Source of the DNA: an uncultured Eubacteriales bacterium
GTDB lineage: Bacteria > Bacillota > Clostridia > Christensenellales > CAG-138
NCBI GenBank assembly: GCA_902802575.1
Contig: CADCMN010000009.1
Coordinates: 375 to 64,374, forward strand
Reading direction: 5' to 3'
Length of the DNA stretch: 64,000 bases
In this document: in pieces, positions 37,247 to 45,255 of the stretch
How positions within the stretch are numbered: position 1 is the first letter of the stretch
How the letters are laid out: each line of letters starts with the position of its first letter
Notes under the pieces: model-generated
Database searches by the model: none
What the model saw: the letters and a program-made list of their open reading frames with translations, nothing else
What the model was told of the DNA's origin: nothing
Translations under genes and position numbers: made by a program

Positions 37247-37917
37247 AAAAACAGCTGTATGACTATCGGGGCTTTTCTCTGAAAAAGCTGCATGAACCGC
37301 GATTCAGCCATCTGAAATTGCTGGGGGGCTGGATCGTTTATTTCTGTCTGTACTTCATCACGGAGAACCTGATCCCTGCGGAAAAATGCGCGCCCATCCA
37401 CTGCGCGCTGGACGATCTGATCCCTTTCAACGAGTGGTTCGCCGTCTTCTACGTGGGCTGGTACGCCCTGGTGTTTGGGACGCTGCAGTACACGCTGCTC
37501 TTCGACGTGCCCCGATTCAAAAAGGTCCAGACCTTCATCATGATCACCCAGGCCGTGGCCATGGTCTGCTACCTCCTTTGGCCCAGCCGCCAGGATCTTC
37601 GGCCCGAGGTCTTTCCCCGGGAGAACTTCCTCACGTCGGTCATGGCCTTCATCTACGCTTTCGACACCAGCACCGGCGTCTGCCCCAGCCTCCATGTGGC
37701 CTATTCACTGGGGATCCTGTCCGTGGGCTTGAAAAACGAAACCCTGCCCCCCTGGGCCAAGGCGGCCCTGTCCTTCTTTGTGTTCATGGTGTGTCTGGCG
37801 GTCTGCTTCGTGAAGCAGCACTCCGCGCTGGACGTCTTGGCCGCCCTGCCCGTGTGCCTGCTGGCCGAAGCGCTGGTCTACGGGAAAGACTACTGGCTGC
37901 CCAAATTCAAATCTTAG
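37243..37917 (+). CDS. PAP2-superfamily (PAP2_3-like) integral membrane phosphatase/phosphotransferase
   Basis: 224 aa with about 6 TM segments and PAP2 C2/C3-like motifs (PSLH and KQHSALD). Confidence 0.55.
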   Translation: MKKQLYDYRGFSLKKLHEPRFSHLKLLGGWIVYFCLYFITENLIPAEKCAPIHCALDDLIPFNEWFAVFYVGWYALVFGTLQYTLLFDVPRFKKVQTFIMITQAVAMVCYLLWPSRQDLRPEVFPRENFLTSVMAFIYAFDTSTGVCPSLHVAYSLGILSVGLKNETLPPWAKAALSFFVFMVCLAVCFVKQHSALDVLAALPVCLLAEALVYGKDYWLPKFKS

Positions 37918-38376
37918 GGGTTTCTTTTGCCGCTCTTGCTCCTCAGCAAAGAGGGGAAAAGCTCACCCGGAACCAATAATATCGCCTCCTGCCTGGCAAC
38001 GCTCGGGATGCTATCCCGCAGGGGCGATCCGCGAATCGCCCGAAAAGGGCCATAGCGCGAAACGGTTTTGTAAACCAATATATATACCCCATTTGTGCTT
38101 TTCTATTTGGGCGACTTTTTCCTTTGCTGGGGGCAAACCATAGTCGAAAGCATCGCGCAGCTTGCTTTCTGCTTGTTTTGCCCGTGCTGCGTCTCGCTGA
38201 ATCCCCCGCTGCGGGCGCTCGGCTTCGCACTCACTGAAAATAAAAAGACGCAAAGAAAACAGGCATATAATACCTTCCTTTATTCGCTATCCATTCGCCA
38301 ACGGTCGCTGAATTTGCACTCTAACCAGTTGGAAAGGGGGATGGTACAATCGAAGCACAGCGAAGGAGGAGGCAAC

Positions 38377-39156
38377 ATGGCAAAGTACAAAGCACTATTG
38401 ATCGATGATAACACCCAGTTCACCGAAAGCGTGAAAGGATATCTGCTGAGCCAGGATCGGTTCAGCGAGGTGGACACGGCCCAGGACGGGCGGGAAGCGC
38501 TGAATAAGCTGCGGGAGAAGACCTACGACGTGATGACCCTGGACCTCATCATGCCCAATGCGGACGGCCTGGCGGTGCTGGAGCAACTCTCGCTCCTGAC
38601 GCTGGATCCGGCTCCGGCGGTGGTGGTGATCTCCGCGTTGAAGAACGAGGCCATGGTCCGCCGCTGCTGCGCGCTGGGCGCTCGATATTATATGGTAAAG
38701 CCGGTGGACCCGGATACCATCAGCAAACGCTTGCTGGAGACGCTGGAAGGAGAGCCGGTGAAAGGGGGCGTCATGCCCTACGCCCCCACCCACCGGTCCT
38801 TCGAAGAGAAGGTCACGGCCATCTTTCTGGTGGCGGGGATCCCGGCCCACATCAAGGGCTATCACTACCTTCGGGAGGGCATCCGCCTGGTGTACAACGA
38901 CCCGGACCTCATCAACCGGATCACCAAGGAGCTGTACCCGGGCATCGCCAAGCGCTTCGACACCTCCCCCAGCAAGGTGGAGCGGGCCATCCGCCACGCC
39001 ATCGAGGTGGCCTGGACCCGGGGCAAGATCGAAAACCTCAACGCCCTCTTCGGCTACAACATCTATGGCAAGAACGACAAGCCGACGAACGGCGAGTTCA
39101 TCGCCCTCGTGGCGGACAAGCTGTTGATGGAGGAGCAGGGGAAAAAGGCGGGGTAA
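38377..39156 (+). CDS. spo0A: Sporulation master response regulator Spo0A
   Basis: The ATG at 38377 follows GAAGGAGGAGG. It has a receiver domain (LLIDDN...DVMTLDLIMPNADG) and the Spo0A-specific C-terminal domain (ITKELYPGIAKRFDTSPSKVERAIRHAIEVAWTRG...KPTNGEFIALVADKL). Confidence 0.93.
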   Translation: MAKYKALLIDDNTQFTESVKGYLLSQDRFSEVDTAQDGREALNKLREKTYDVMTLDLIMPNADGLAVLEQLSLLTLDPAPAVVVISALKNEAMVRRCCALGARYYMVKPVDPDTISKRLLETLEGEPVKGGVMPYAPTHRSFEEKVTAIFLVAGIPAHIKGYHYLREGIRLVYNDPDLINRITKELYPGIAKRFDTSPSKVERAIRHAIEVAWTRGKIENLNALFGYNIYGKNDKPTNGEFIALVADKLLMEEQGKKAG

Positions 39157-39457
39157 GCGAGGAATCTGTTGAGATCCTGCCTCCCTTCTTGAAAGAAAGG
39201 GGGATTCCAAAGAGCCTTACTTGTTCCAAACTGTCGTCTGCCGTTCCCGTTATCCCATTCGGTTTCTCTGTTTGCGCTGCTTTTGCTCTTTTTCGAAAGA
39301 GAAAAAGCGGCATATCAAAAAGGTTCACTTACAACTCTTGCAGGACGGTCCCCCCTGTCCTGCAGGGTGCCCCTAACCTCATGATCCGCGGGAGGCTGCC
39401 GCAACGGTCCTTTGCCCATGGGACCGGCGGCAGCCTTTCGCACGCATGTCCACGGCT

Positions 39458-39547
39458 TTATCCACAGCCAAAAGTGCCGTAAATCCAAGGTTTGGTGGAT
39501 AAGATGGTGGACAATGTGGATAATTTTCCCGAGGAGGCTGTGGATAA
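39458..39547. promoter_or_regulatory. Extra-origin DnaA-box cluster (3 perfect and 2 near-perfect boxes in 90 bp)
   Basis: TTATCCACA 39458-39466, GGTGGATAA 39494-39502, GGTGGACAA 39506-39514, TGTGGATAA 39515-39523 and TGTGGATAA 39539-39547. Confidence 0.75.
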
Positions 39548-39616
39548 ATGGGGGCAAATCCGAACAAACGGAAAATCCCGCAGAATGGGCATTTTTGGAC
39601 AAGTCCTCATGACGCG

Positions 39617-39645
39617 TTGACAGAGGACGCGCCTTGGGGTACAAT
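39617..39645 (+). promoter_or_regulatory. Near-consensus sigA promoter for the GT-C-like membrane protein gene
   Basis: TTGACA (39617-39622), a 17-nt spacer, then TACAAT (39640-39645). It lies about 45 nt upstream of the ATG at 39692. Confidence 0.65.
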
Positions 39646-39691
39646 GAGCGCAGCGAGGGATCCTGCAGGATGAGAAGGGAGGAACGGCAAA

Positions 39692-41056
39692 ATGGCACCA
39701 GACTATGGGTATTTCGGCACTATGGGCGCCCTGGCGCTGTTTCTTGTCGCCCTCTTTTGCCTGGATCGGCTGTGGGTCCGTGGGACGGCGCCGGAAAAAC
39801 CTTGGCCCGAGAACGAGGCGGCCGTGGGCTTTCTGCTGTTTTTGGCGAGCTTTTTGGTGCTGTACGTGCTCAACAACCATAAATTTGTCTTCTATAACAA
39901 CTACAGCTACCTGGCGGACGCTCTGCTCCACGGGCGGCTGTATGTGGACGGTATGCCGGCGTATTTGGAGTCGGTGGAATTTGGCGGCCATTCCTACATG
40001 CACTTCGCCCCCGGCCCGGCCATCCTGTGCCTGCCCTTTGTGGCCGTATTCGGCGTGTACGGGTTCAACATCGCATGGCTGTCCATGGCGCTGGGCGCGG
40101 CCAACACGGCCCTCGCCTATCGGGTGCTTCGGCAGATGGGCATCGGTCGTGATCGACGGGAGCGGATCTGGTGCGCGGCGCTGCTCACCTTCGGCACGGT
40201 CCACTGCTTTTTGGCGGCCCTGGGCCACGGCTGGTTCCTGGGGCATGTGTCCAGCTGGTTCTTCCTGTTCGTCGGCATGGTGTTCCTTACCGTACCGGAG
40301 GATAAGCGAAAGGACGTGCATCTGTTTCTGGCGGGGGTGTTCTACGGCTGCGCGGTGACCTGCCGGATGCCGAATCTGCTGGGGGCGCTGTTCTACGGGG
40401 GGTACATCCTGACCCGGTACAAGCGGGAGACCTGGATCCGATCCCTGCTGTTCTTCTGCCTGGGGGCGGCGGTGCCCGGAGGCCTGTATATGCTCTATAA
40501 CTATGCGCGCTTCGGCACCATCATGGACAAGGGCTACAATCTGACCCACCTGAAGGATCTGTTCCGGAGCCGGTATGATGAAATGCAGGAGCTGCCCAAA
40601 GGGGAGCAAATGGCGTTTCTGAAGGCGGCGGAGCAGGAGGTGGGCGGCCCGCTGCAGCTCAAGCACGTGAAGCATAACCTCTATTCCATCTTCCTGCTGG
40701 GGCCGGAGTTCACCCGGGAATACCCCTACGTGATCCCCACGCTGGCGGGGGTGTCGCTGACCCACCTGTCCCCGGCGCTCTATATGGCGATCCGAGCCCC
40801 GTACCGGCGGGACAGGCTCACCTGGTTCCTCCTGGCCACGACGGTGGCCTGCGCCGTGCCCTTCCTCATGAACTACGGGAACGGGTTCGCCCAGTTCGGC
40901 ATGCGCTACGCCATGGACTTCCTTCCCTATGTGGGGATCCTGGCCGCCATGGGCCTGACACGAACCCCTCTGCGGGGCTGGAAGGCGGCGCTGATCCTCC
41001 TGTGCATGCTCCTGAACATGTGGGGGCCGGTGTACTGGAATATCTTTTATACGTAA
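39692..41056 (+). CDS. Polytopic membrane protein, putative GT-C-fold (ArnT/PMT-like) glycosyltransferase
   Basis: 454 aa with about 11-12 TM segments and loop features reminiscent of GT39/GT83-type enzymes. The call rests on general architecture only. Confidence 0.45.
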   Translation: MAPDYGYFGTMGALALFLVALFCLDRLWVRGTAPEKPWPENEAAVGFLLFLASFLVLYVLNNHKFVFYNNYSYLADALLHGRLYVDGMPAYLESVEFGGHSYMHFAPGPAILCLPFVAVFGVYGFNIAWLSMALGAANTALAYRVLRQMGIGRDRRERIWCAALLTFGTVHCFLAALGHGWFLGHVSSWFFLFVGMVFLTVPEDKRKDVHLFLAGVFYGCAVTCRMPNLLGALFYGGYILTRYKRETWIRSLLFFCLGAAVPGGLYMLYNYARFGTIMDKGYNLTHLKDLFRSRYDEMQELPKGEQMAFLKAAEQEVGGPLQLKHVKHNLYSIFLLGPEFTREYPYVIPTLAGVSLTHLSPALYMAIRAPYRRDRLTWFLLATTVACAVPFLMNYGNGFAQFGMRYAMDFLPYVGILAAMGLTRTPLRGWKAALILLCMLLNMWGPVYWNIFYT

Positions 41057-41145
41057 AGGTATAGCGTAAAAGCTGCGCACCTTTTCTTTTCGAAGAAAAG
41101 GTGCGGTCAAACGAACTGTATTTTGAATAAGACGGACCCTTGCGA

Positions 41146-41176
41146 AGCCTATGCTCACCCATAGGCTTTTCTTTTT
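41146..41176 (+). terminator. Intrinsic terminator, second of two hairpins after the GT-C-like gene
   Basis: AGCCTAT-gctcaccc-ATAGGCT followed by TTTCTTTTT. It is preceded by a 13-bp hairpin at 41076-41105 (CGCACCTTTTCTT-ttcg-AAGAAAAGGTGCG). Confidence 0.5.
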
Positions 41177-41209
41177 ACCTGAAAAGAAAAAGCCGCAAAA
41201 GAGAAAGGG

Positions 41210-41938
41210 TCACTCCGAATACTTCTCGATCATCTTCAGCGCCACGTCCAACGCCCGGCCCTTGTGCTGAGCGGAGATGCGCAGCAGATCCTCGTCGGTC
41301 ACGTCCTGGTCCATGCCTGTGGCGTACCGGGCGATGATGCCGATGGACGCGTACTTCATGCACACCTCCCGGCACAGCGGCGCCTCGGGCACCAGGGTGC
41401 TGCCGATGACCTGCGCGTCCAGGGCCCGCATCATCCGTGCCTCGGCGGCGGTCTCGTACCGGGGCCCATCCTGGGCGGCGTAGATCACCCGGCCCTCGTA
41501 GGGGATCTTCTCCGCCAGGATGATCTGCTCCAGGGTGTCCGTCATGCGGGAATCGAACACATCGTCCATGCCCGCATGCTTGACCAGCCGGTGCTCCAGG
41601 CGGAAGGAGCTGTCCCGGAACCGGGTGAAGTCGATGAAGTCGGTGATCAGGCAAAAGCTCCCCAGGCGGAAGGAGTAGTCGCAGGTGCCCATGACGGAAA
41701 TGCTGATGACGTGAGTCACGCCGCACAGGTACAGGGCGAAGATGTTGGCCCTGAAATTGGTCTCGTAGGCGTCCTCCTGAATGCAGATGCTATGCCGCGT
41801 GAGGAAATCTACTTCCTTGCCGCTGGGAAGCGTCGCATGGATGACCCGGGCGTTGCCATAGGGGGTGGTGACCACCTCGGAAGTGTGGGGAAAGGTGATG
41901 GCGTCTTCGGAGTTGCAGCCGATGATGGCAAACTTCAT
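41210..41938 (-). CDS. Divergent MTAP/purine nucleoside phosphorylase-family protein
   Basis: 242 aa with PNP_UDP_1-like blocks (VDFLTRHS, ETNFRANIFAL, GPRYETAAEARMMRALDAQVIGST). Several canonical phosphate-binding residues are substituted. It has an ATGA overlap with holA. Confidence 0.55.
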   Translation of the reverse strand: MKFAIIGCNSEDAITFPHTSEVVTTPYGNARVIHATLPSGKEVDFLTRHSICIQEDAYETNFRANIFALYLCGVTHVISISVMGTCDYSFRLGSFCLITDFIDFTRFRDSSFRLEHRLVKHAGMDDVFDSRMTDTLEQIILAEKIPYEGRVIYAAQDGPRYETAAEARMMRALDAQVIGSTLVPEAPLCREVCMKYASIGIIARYATGMDQDVTDEDLLRISAQHKGRALDVALKMIEKYSE

Positions 41939-43017
41939 TTTTTGACCTCCTCTTTCTTTTCAAAGGTATTCATAACAGCCAGCAGCAGGGCGTCCCGGTC
42001 CCGGAAGATCCCCTGTTTGATCTGCCCGTCCACAGCGGCGAAGGCCGCCACGGCTCGCCGAAGCTGATCTGCGGTCTGCTTCCGGGCGTTCTTCACGGCG
42101 ATTTGGGCGGCGTAGGGGCTGCCGGGAAGCTGCCGGGCGGCGCTGCGTGGGTCCAGCCCCCTGTCCAGATGCTCCCGGGCGGTCAGGATCAGCTTCATCC
42201 GTCCCTCTAAAAAACCGCTGAGGCTCATGGGGCTTTCCCCCCGGTCCAGAGCGTTCAGGAGCATGGCGTAGCCCTTCTTCCGTTTTCCGTCCAGCAGAGC
42301 GTCCAGCATCTCAAAGGCGTCGTATTCCGGGGAAGGCGTGACCGTCTCGTTGAGCACGGCCACCGTGACCGTACCCCCGGGGCCCGCGTAGTCCGCGGCC
42401 TTGGAGAACTCGTTCTTCAGCCGGTAGGCGTCGAAACCCACCCGATCCACCAGGGTCTGGGCCACGGCTTTGCTGAGATCCACGTTTTTCAGAGCCGATT
42501 CCCGCATCAGCATGTTCACGGCCCGCTCCATGGTCAGCTTCTCGAAGGCCACCACCCGATTCTCCGGGGCTAGGGCCTTGAAGAGCCGATTGGTTTTGGG
42601 GCACTCCCCCCGCTGGACGAACAGGACCACGGTGGTGTCCGCCATCCGAAGCAGCCGGTTCCGTTGCTCCAGAGCTTCCACCAGGGCGGCGTCCCAACTC
42701 TCCACCAGGATGAGCCTGAGCTCGTCGAAGAAGGGCAACTGGTCCGCGGCGGACAGGAGCGTCTCCGCGTCGGGGTCCCGAAGGGTCTGACAGTTCAGAT
42801 CCAGCACCCCGGGGTCCAGCAGCTTTTTCACTCGGGCGACGGCCGCCGCCTTGGTCAGTTCCTCTTCGCCGTGGAGAAGATATGGGCCCTTCAGGGAGCG
42901 ACCCTGGGTGGCCTTGTAGAATTCGGATTCGTTCACGTTCCTATGATACCACTTTGTCCGGAAAGAAACAACATATATCTTTCCCGGCGACCGCTTAGCC
43001 CCGTAAATCGACCGCAT
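41935..43017 (-). CDS. holA: DNA polymerase III delta subunit
   Basis: GPYLLHGEEELTK near the N-terminus, with HolA-like length and helical C-terminal domains. The start is uncertain (ATG 43017 or GTG 42936). Confidence 0.7.
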   Translation of the reverse strand: MRSIYGAKRSPGKIYVVSFRTKWYHRNVNESEFYKATQGRSLKGPYLLHGEEELTKAAAVARVKKLLDPGVLDLNCQTLRDPDAETLLSAADQLPFFDELRLILVESWDAALVEALEQRNRLLRMADTTVVLFVQRGECPKTNRLFKALAPENRVVAFEKLTMERAVNMLMRESALKNVDLSKAVAQTLVDRVGFDAYRLKNEFSKAADYAGPGGTVTVAVLNETVTPSPEYDAFEMLDALLDGKRKKGYAMLLNALDRGESPMSLSGFLEGRMKLILTAREHLDRGLDPRSAARQLPGSPYAAQIAVKNARKQTADQLRRAVAAFAAVDGQIKQGIFRDRDALLLAVMNTFEKKEEVKK

Positions 43018-43084
43018 ATCGAAAATCAGTGGACAAACTTGCTCTTTCCCGCTATGCTATGGCCATCGAAAGGAGGTCGAAGCC

Positions 43085-43525
43085 ATGAAGATCGAAGTCA
43101 GGATCGAGGCCGACTGCCGGGAGCCCCGGGTGGTGATCCATACCGATCGCATGACCGACGAGGTCAGCGCTCTGCTCGTCCGGCTGGAGGCAGCCGAAAA
43201 CAAGCCCCTGGTGGGCTTCTCAGAGGGCACGGCCACGGTGCTCTCGCCGGAAGCGCTGCTGCGCGTCTATGTGGAGAACGGGCGAACCTTCGCCCACACG
43301 GAGCAGGGGGTCTTCGCCTTGAAAGGCCCGCTTTATGAGTGGGAGCAGCGGCTGGACCCTCGCGCCTTCGTCCGCGTCTCCCAGTCGGAGATCATCCATC
43401 TGAAGAAGGTGAAGGCCTTCGATTTGAATCTGGCGGGCACGGTCCTGGTCCGGCTGACCGACGGCACGGTGACCTACGCTTCCCGCCGCTACGTGGCAAA
43501 GATCAAAACCCTCTTGGGACTGTAA
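43085..43525 (+). CDS. Stand-alone LytTR-domain transcriptional regulator (no receiver domain)
   Basis: 146 aa with a LytTR core: LLRVYVENGRTFAHTEQGVFALKGPLYEWEQRLDPRAFVRVSQSEIIHLKKV...YASRRYVAKIK. Confidence 0.8.
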   Translation: MKIEVRIEADCREPRVVIHTDRMTDEVSALLVRLEAAENKPLVGFSEGTATVLSPEALLRVYVENGRTFAHTEQGVFALKGPLYEWEQRLDPRAFVRVSQSEIIHLKKVKAFDLNLAGTVLVRLTDGTVTYASRRYVAKIKTLLGL

Positions 43526-43536
43526 AGGAGGAAAAC

Positions 43537-43986
43537 ATGAAAAAAGCCATCATCTCTCGCGCCCTCATGGGCTTCCCCGCCGGTATCGCCATCGGCCAGT
43601 GCATCTCCCTTCTCGTCTCCGCCATCCTGGGCCAAGGCACCTTCGAAGCCTGCATGCCTTCCTTCGTTACGGCCATGGGCTCCGAATTGGCCGCCGTGGC
43701 GCTGCAGACCCTGCTATGCGGCGTCCTGGGGGCTGCCAGCGCCGCTTCCTCCGTGGTGTGGGCGGCGGACTGGAGCCTGCTCAAGCGGACCATCGTCAGC
43801 TTCCTGCTGTTGACCCTGTCCATGCTGCCGGTGGCCTATGTGACCGACTGGATGGAGCATACCGTAAAGGGCTTTCTGCTCTACTTCGCCGTGTTCACCC
43901 TGATCTTCGCCCTTATCTGGCTCTGCCAATATCTGGCCTGGAAGCGCCGGATCAAGCGGCTCAACGAGAAGGTCCGGAGCCTGTGA
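43537..43986 (+). CDS. DUF3021-like small membrane protein (4 TM), partner of the LytTR regulator
   Basis: The ATG at 43537 follows AAGGAGGAAAAC. The 149-aa protein (MKKAIISRALMGFPAGIAIGQCISLL...) is typical of the DUF3021 family found downstream of LytTR genes. Confidence 0.65.
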   Translation: MKKAIISRALMGFPAGIAIGQCISLLVSAILGQGTFEACMPSFVTAMGSELAAVALQTLLCGVLGAASAASSVVWAADWSLLKRTIVSFLLLTLSMLPVAYVTDWMEHTVKGFLLYFAVFTLIFALIWLCQYLAWKRRIKRLNEKVRSL

Positions 43987-44022
43987 CTGCAGGCCGTCAA
44001 ACACCCTTTGGCAAGCTGATTT

Positions 44023-44841
44023 TCAGCTATATCGCACCCGGATGGTCACGTCGAGACCGTCCGGGTGTTTTTCTGTCATCATCTCGGCCCCCATGCCCGC
44101 CTGGCGGAGCTGATCGAGGAGGGTGCTGAGGCCGTTGAGGAACAGGCGGCAGTCCTTGGTGAGCCGCAGCACCCGAAGGGGCTTGGGCCGCGGGGCGGCT
44201 TTGGCGACGAAGGCTTCCGCCTGGCGCACGCTCCAGCCCTCCCGAACGATGCGGTCAATGAGCTTGAGCTGTTCCTCTTCGCTGTCCAGGGACAGAAGGC
44301 ATCGGGCGTGACGCTCGCTGAGGTTTCCCTGCTCCGCCGTCTGCCGCACCGCGGGGCTGAGCTTCAGCAGCCGCAGCTTGTTGGACAGGAAGGCGGGGCT
44401 TTTGCCGATCCTTCGGCACAGCTCTTCCCGGGAAAGGCCGTAAACCGTCAGCAGCCGTCGATACCCCTCCGCCTCCTCCCAGAAGCTGAGGTCTGCGCGC
44501 TGCACGTTTTCGATCATGGCCATAAGGGCGCTTTTCTCCGGGCTCACCTGTTCCACGATGCAGGGCACCTCCTTCAGCCCCAACAGCTGGCAGGCCCTAA
44601 GCCGCCGTTCCCCGGAGATAAGCTCATATCCCTCCCGGGCCGAGCGCACGGTCAGGGGCTGGATAAGGCCAACCTGGGCGATGCTGATGGTCAGTTCCTG
44701 AAGCTCCTCCCGGCTGAAGACGCGCCTTGGCTGATCCGGATTGGGGCGAATGCTGTCGACGGGCAGCAGGAACAGACTTCGCTCCATGTCCCGCTTGGGC
44801 GGGACGGCGGGATGCCCCAGGGGCATGGCATGCAGGCTCAT
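44023..44841 (-). CDS. Second ParB-family protein (Noc/Spo0J-like)
   Basis: 272 aa with IRPNPDQPRRVFSREELQELTISIAQVGLIQPLTV...ISGERRLRACQLLGL and a helix-turn-helix (ELCRRIGKSPAFLSNKLRLL). Confidence 0.8.
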   Translation of the reverse strand: MSLHAMPLGHPAVPPKRDMERSLFLLPVDSIRPNPDQPRRVFSREELQELTISIAQVGLIQPLTVRSAREGYELISGERRLRACQLLGLKEVPCIVEQVSPEKSALMAMIENVQRADLSFWEEAEGYRRLLTVYGLSREELCRRIGKSPAFLSNKLRLLKLSPAVRQTAEQGNLSERHARCLLSLDSEEEQLKLIDRIVREGWSVRQAEAFVAKAAPRPKPLRVLRLTKDCRLFLNGLSTLLDQLRQAGMGAEMMTEKHPDGLDVTIRVRYS

Positions 44842-45022
44842 ATCCGTTCTCCCTTTTTTTCTTCACTCTATCACCGGCTTCTTGTCGAAAGAAAGACTTA
44901 TCCCAAAGGTAGACTTCCTTCCTTCCATTTCGACTAATTTACAGATTCGTCCCAAAACTGCCCATTGCAATTTGAGCTTCGTATGGTATAATGAATTGAA
45001 AATCTGTAAGGAGGTAATCAGT

Positions 45023-45193
45023 ATGGCATACAAAATCACCGATGAGTGCATCGCTTGCGGCACCTGCGCCAGTGAGTGCCCCGTGGAAGCCATCACCGAG
45101 GGTGACGGCATCTACGTCATCGACGCCGACGCCTGCATCGAGTGCGGCAACTGCGCCAATGTCTGCCCCGTGGGAGCCCCCAAGGCAGAGTAA
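45023..45193 (+). CDS. fdx: Clostridial-type 2x[4Fe-4S] ferredoxin
   Basis: 56 aa (MAYKITDECIACGTCASECPVEAI...CIECGNCANVCPVGAP) with two CxxCxxCxxxCP motifs and a strong RBS (AAGGAGG). Confidence 0.92.
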   Translation: MAYKITDECIACGTCASECPVEAITEGDGIYVIDADACIECGNCANVCPVGAPKAE

Positions 45194-45202
45194 CTATTTG
45201 CT

Positions 45203-45245
45203 GACAGAAAAAGCGCTTGCTTTCGTGCAAGCGCTTTTTTCTGTC
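45203..45245. terminator. Strong bidirectional intrinsic terminator
   Basis: GACAGAAAAAGCGCTTGC-tttcgt-GCAAGCGCTTTTTTCTGTC. Confidence 0.85.
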
Positions 45246-45255
45246 TATGCCGGCC

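Noticed and set aside
37943-38253. Two overlapping minus-strand ORFs (95 and 80 aa) in the spacer upstream of spo0A
   Set aside because: They have no RBS, no recognisable motif, mutually exclusive frames and basic low-complexity content. The region is more likely the spo0A regulatory leader. I could not identify convincing sigH or 0A-box elements either.
39458-39547. Possibility that the DnaA-box cluster is a second or true replication origin
   Set aside because: No AT-rich unwinding tract and no TAG-period trio element adjoins it. It is followed by a consensus promoter and a gene. The dnaA-dnaN spacer has the complete origin grammar and coincides with the strand-bias switch. The cluster is kept as a regulatory or titration candidate instead.
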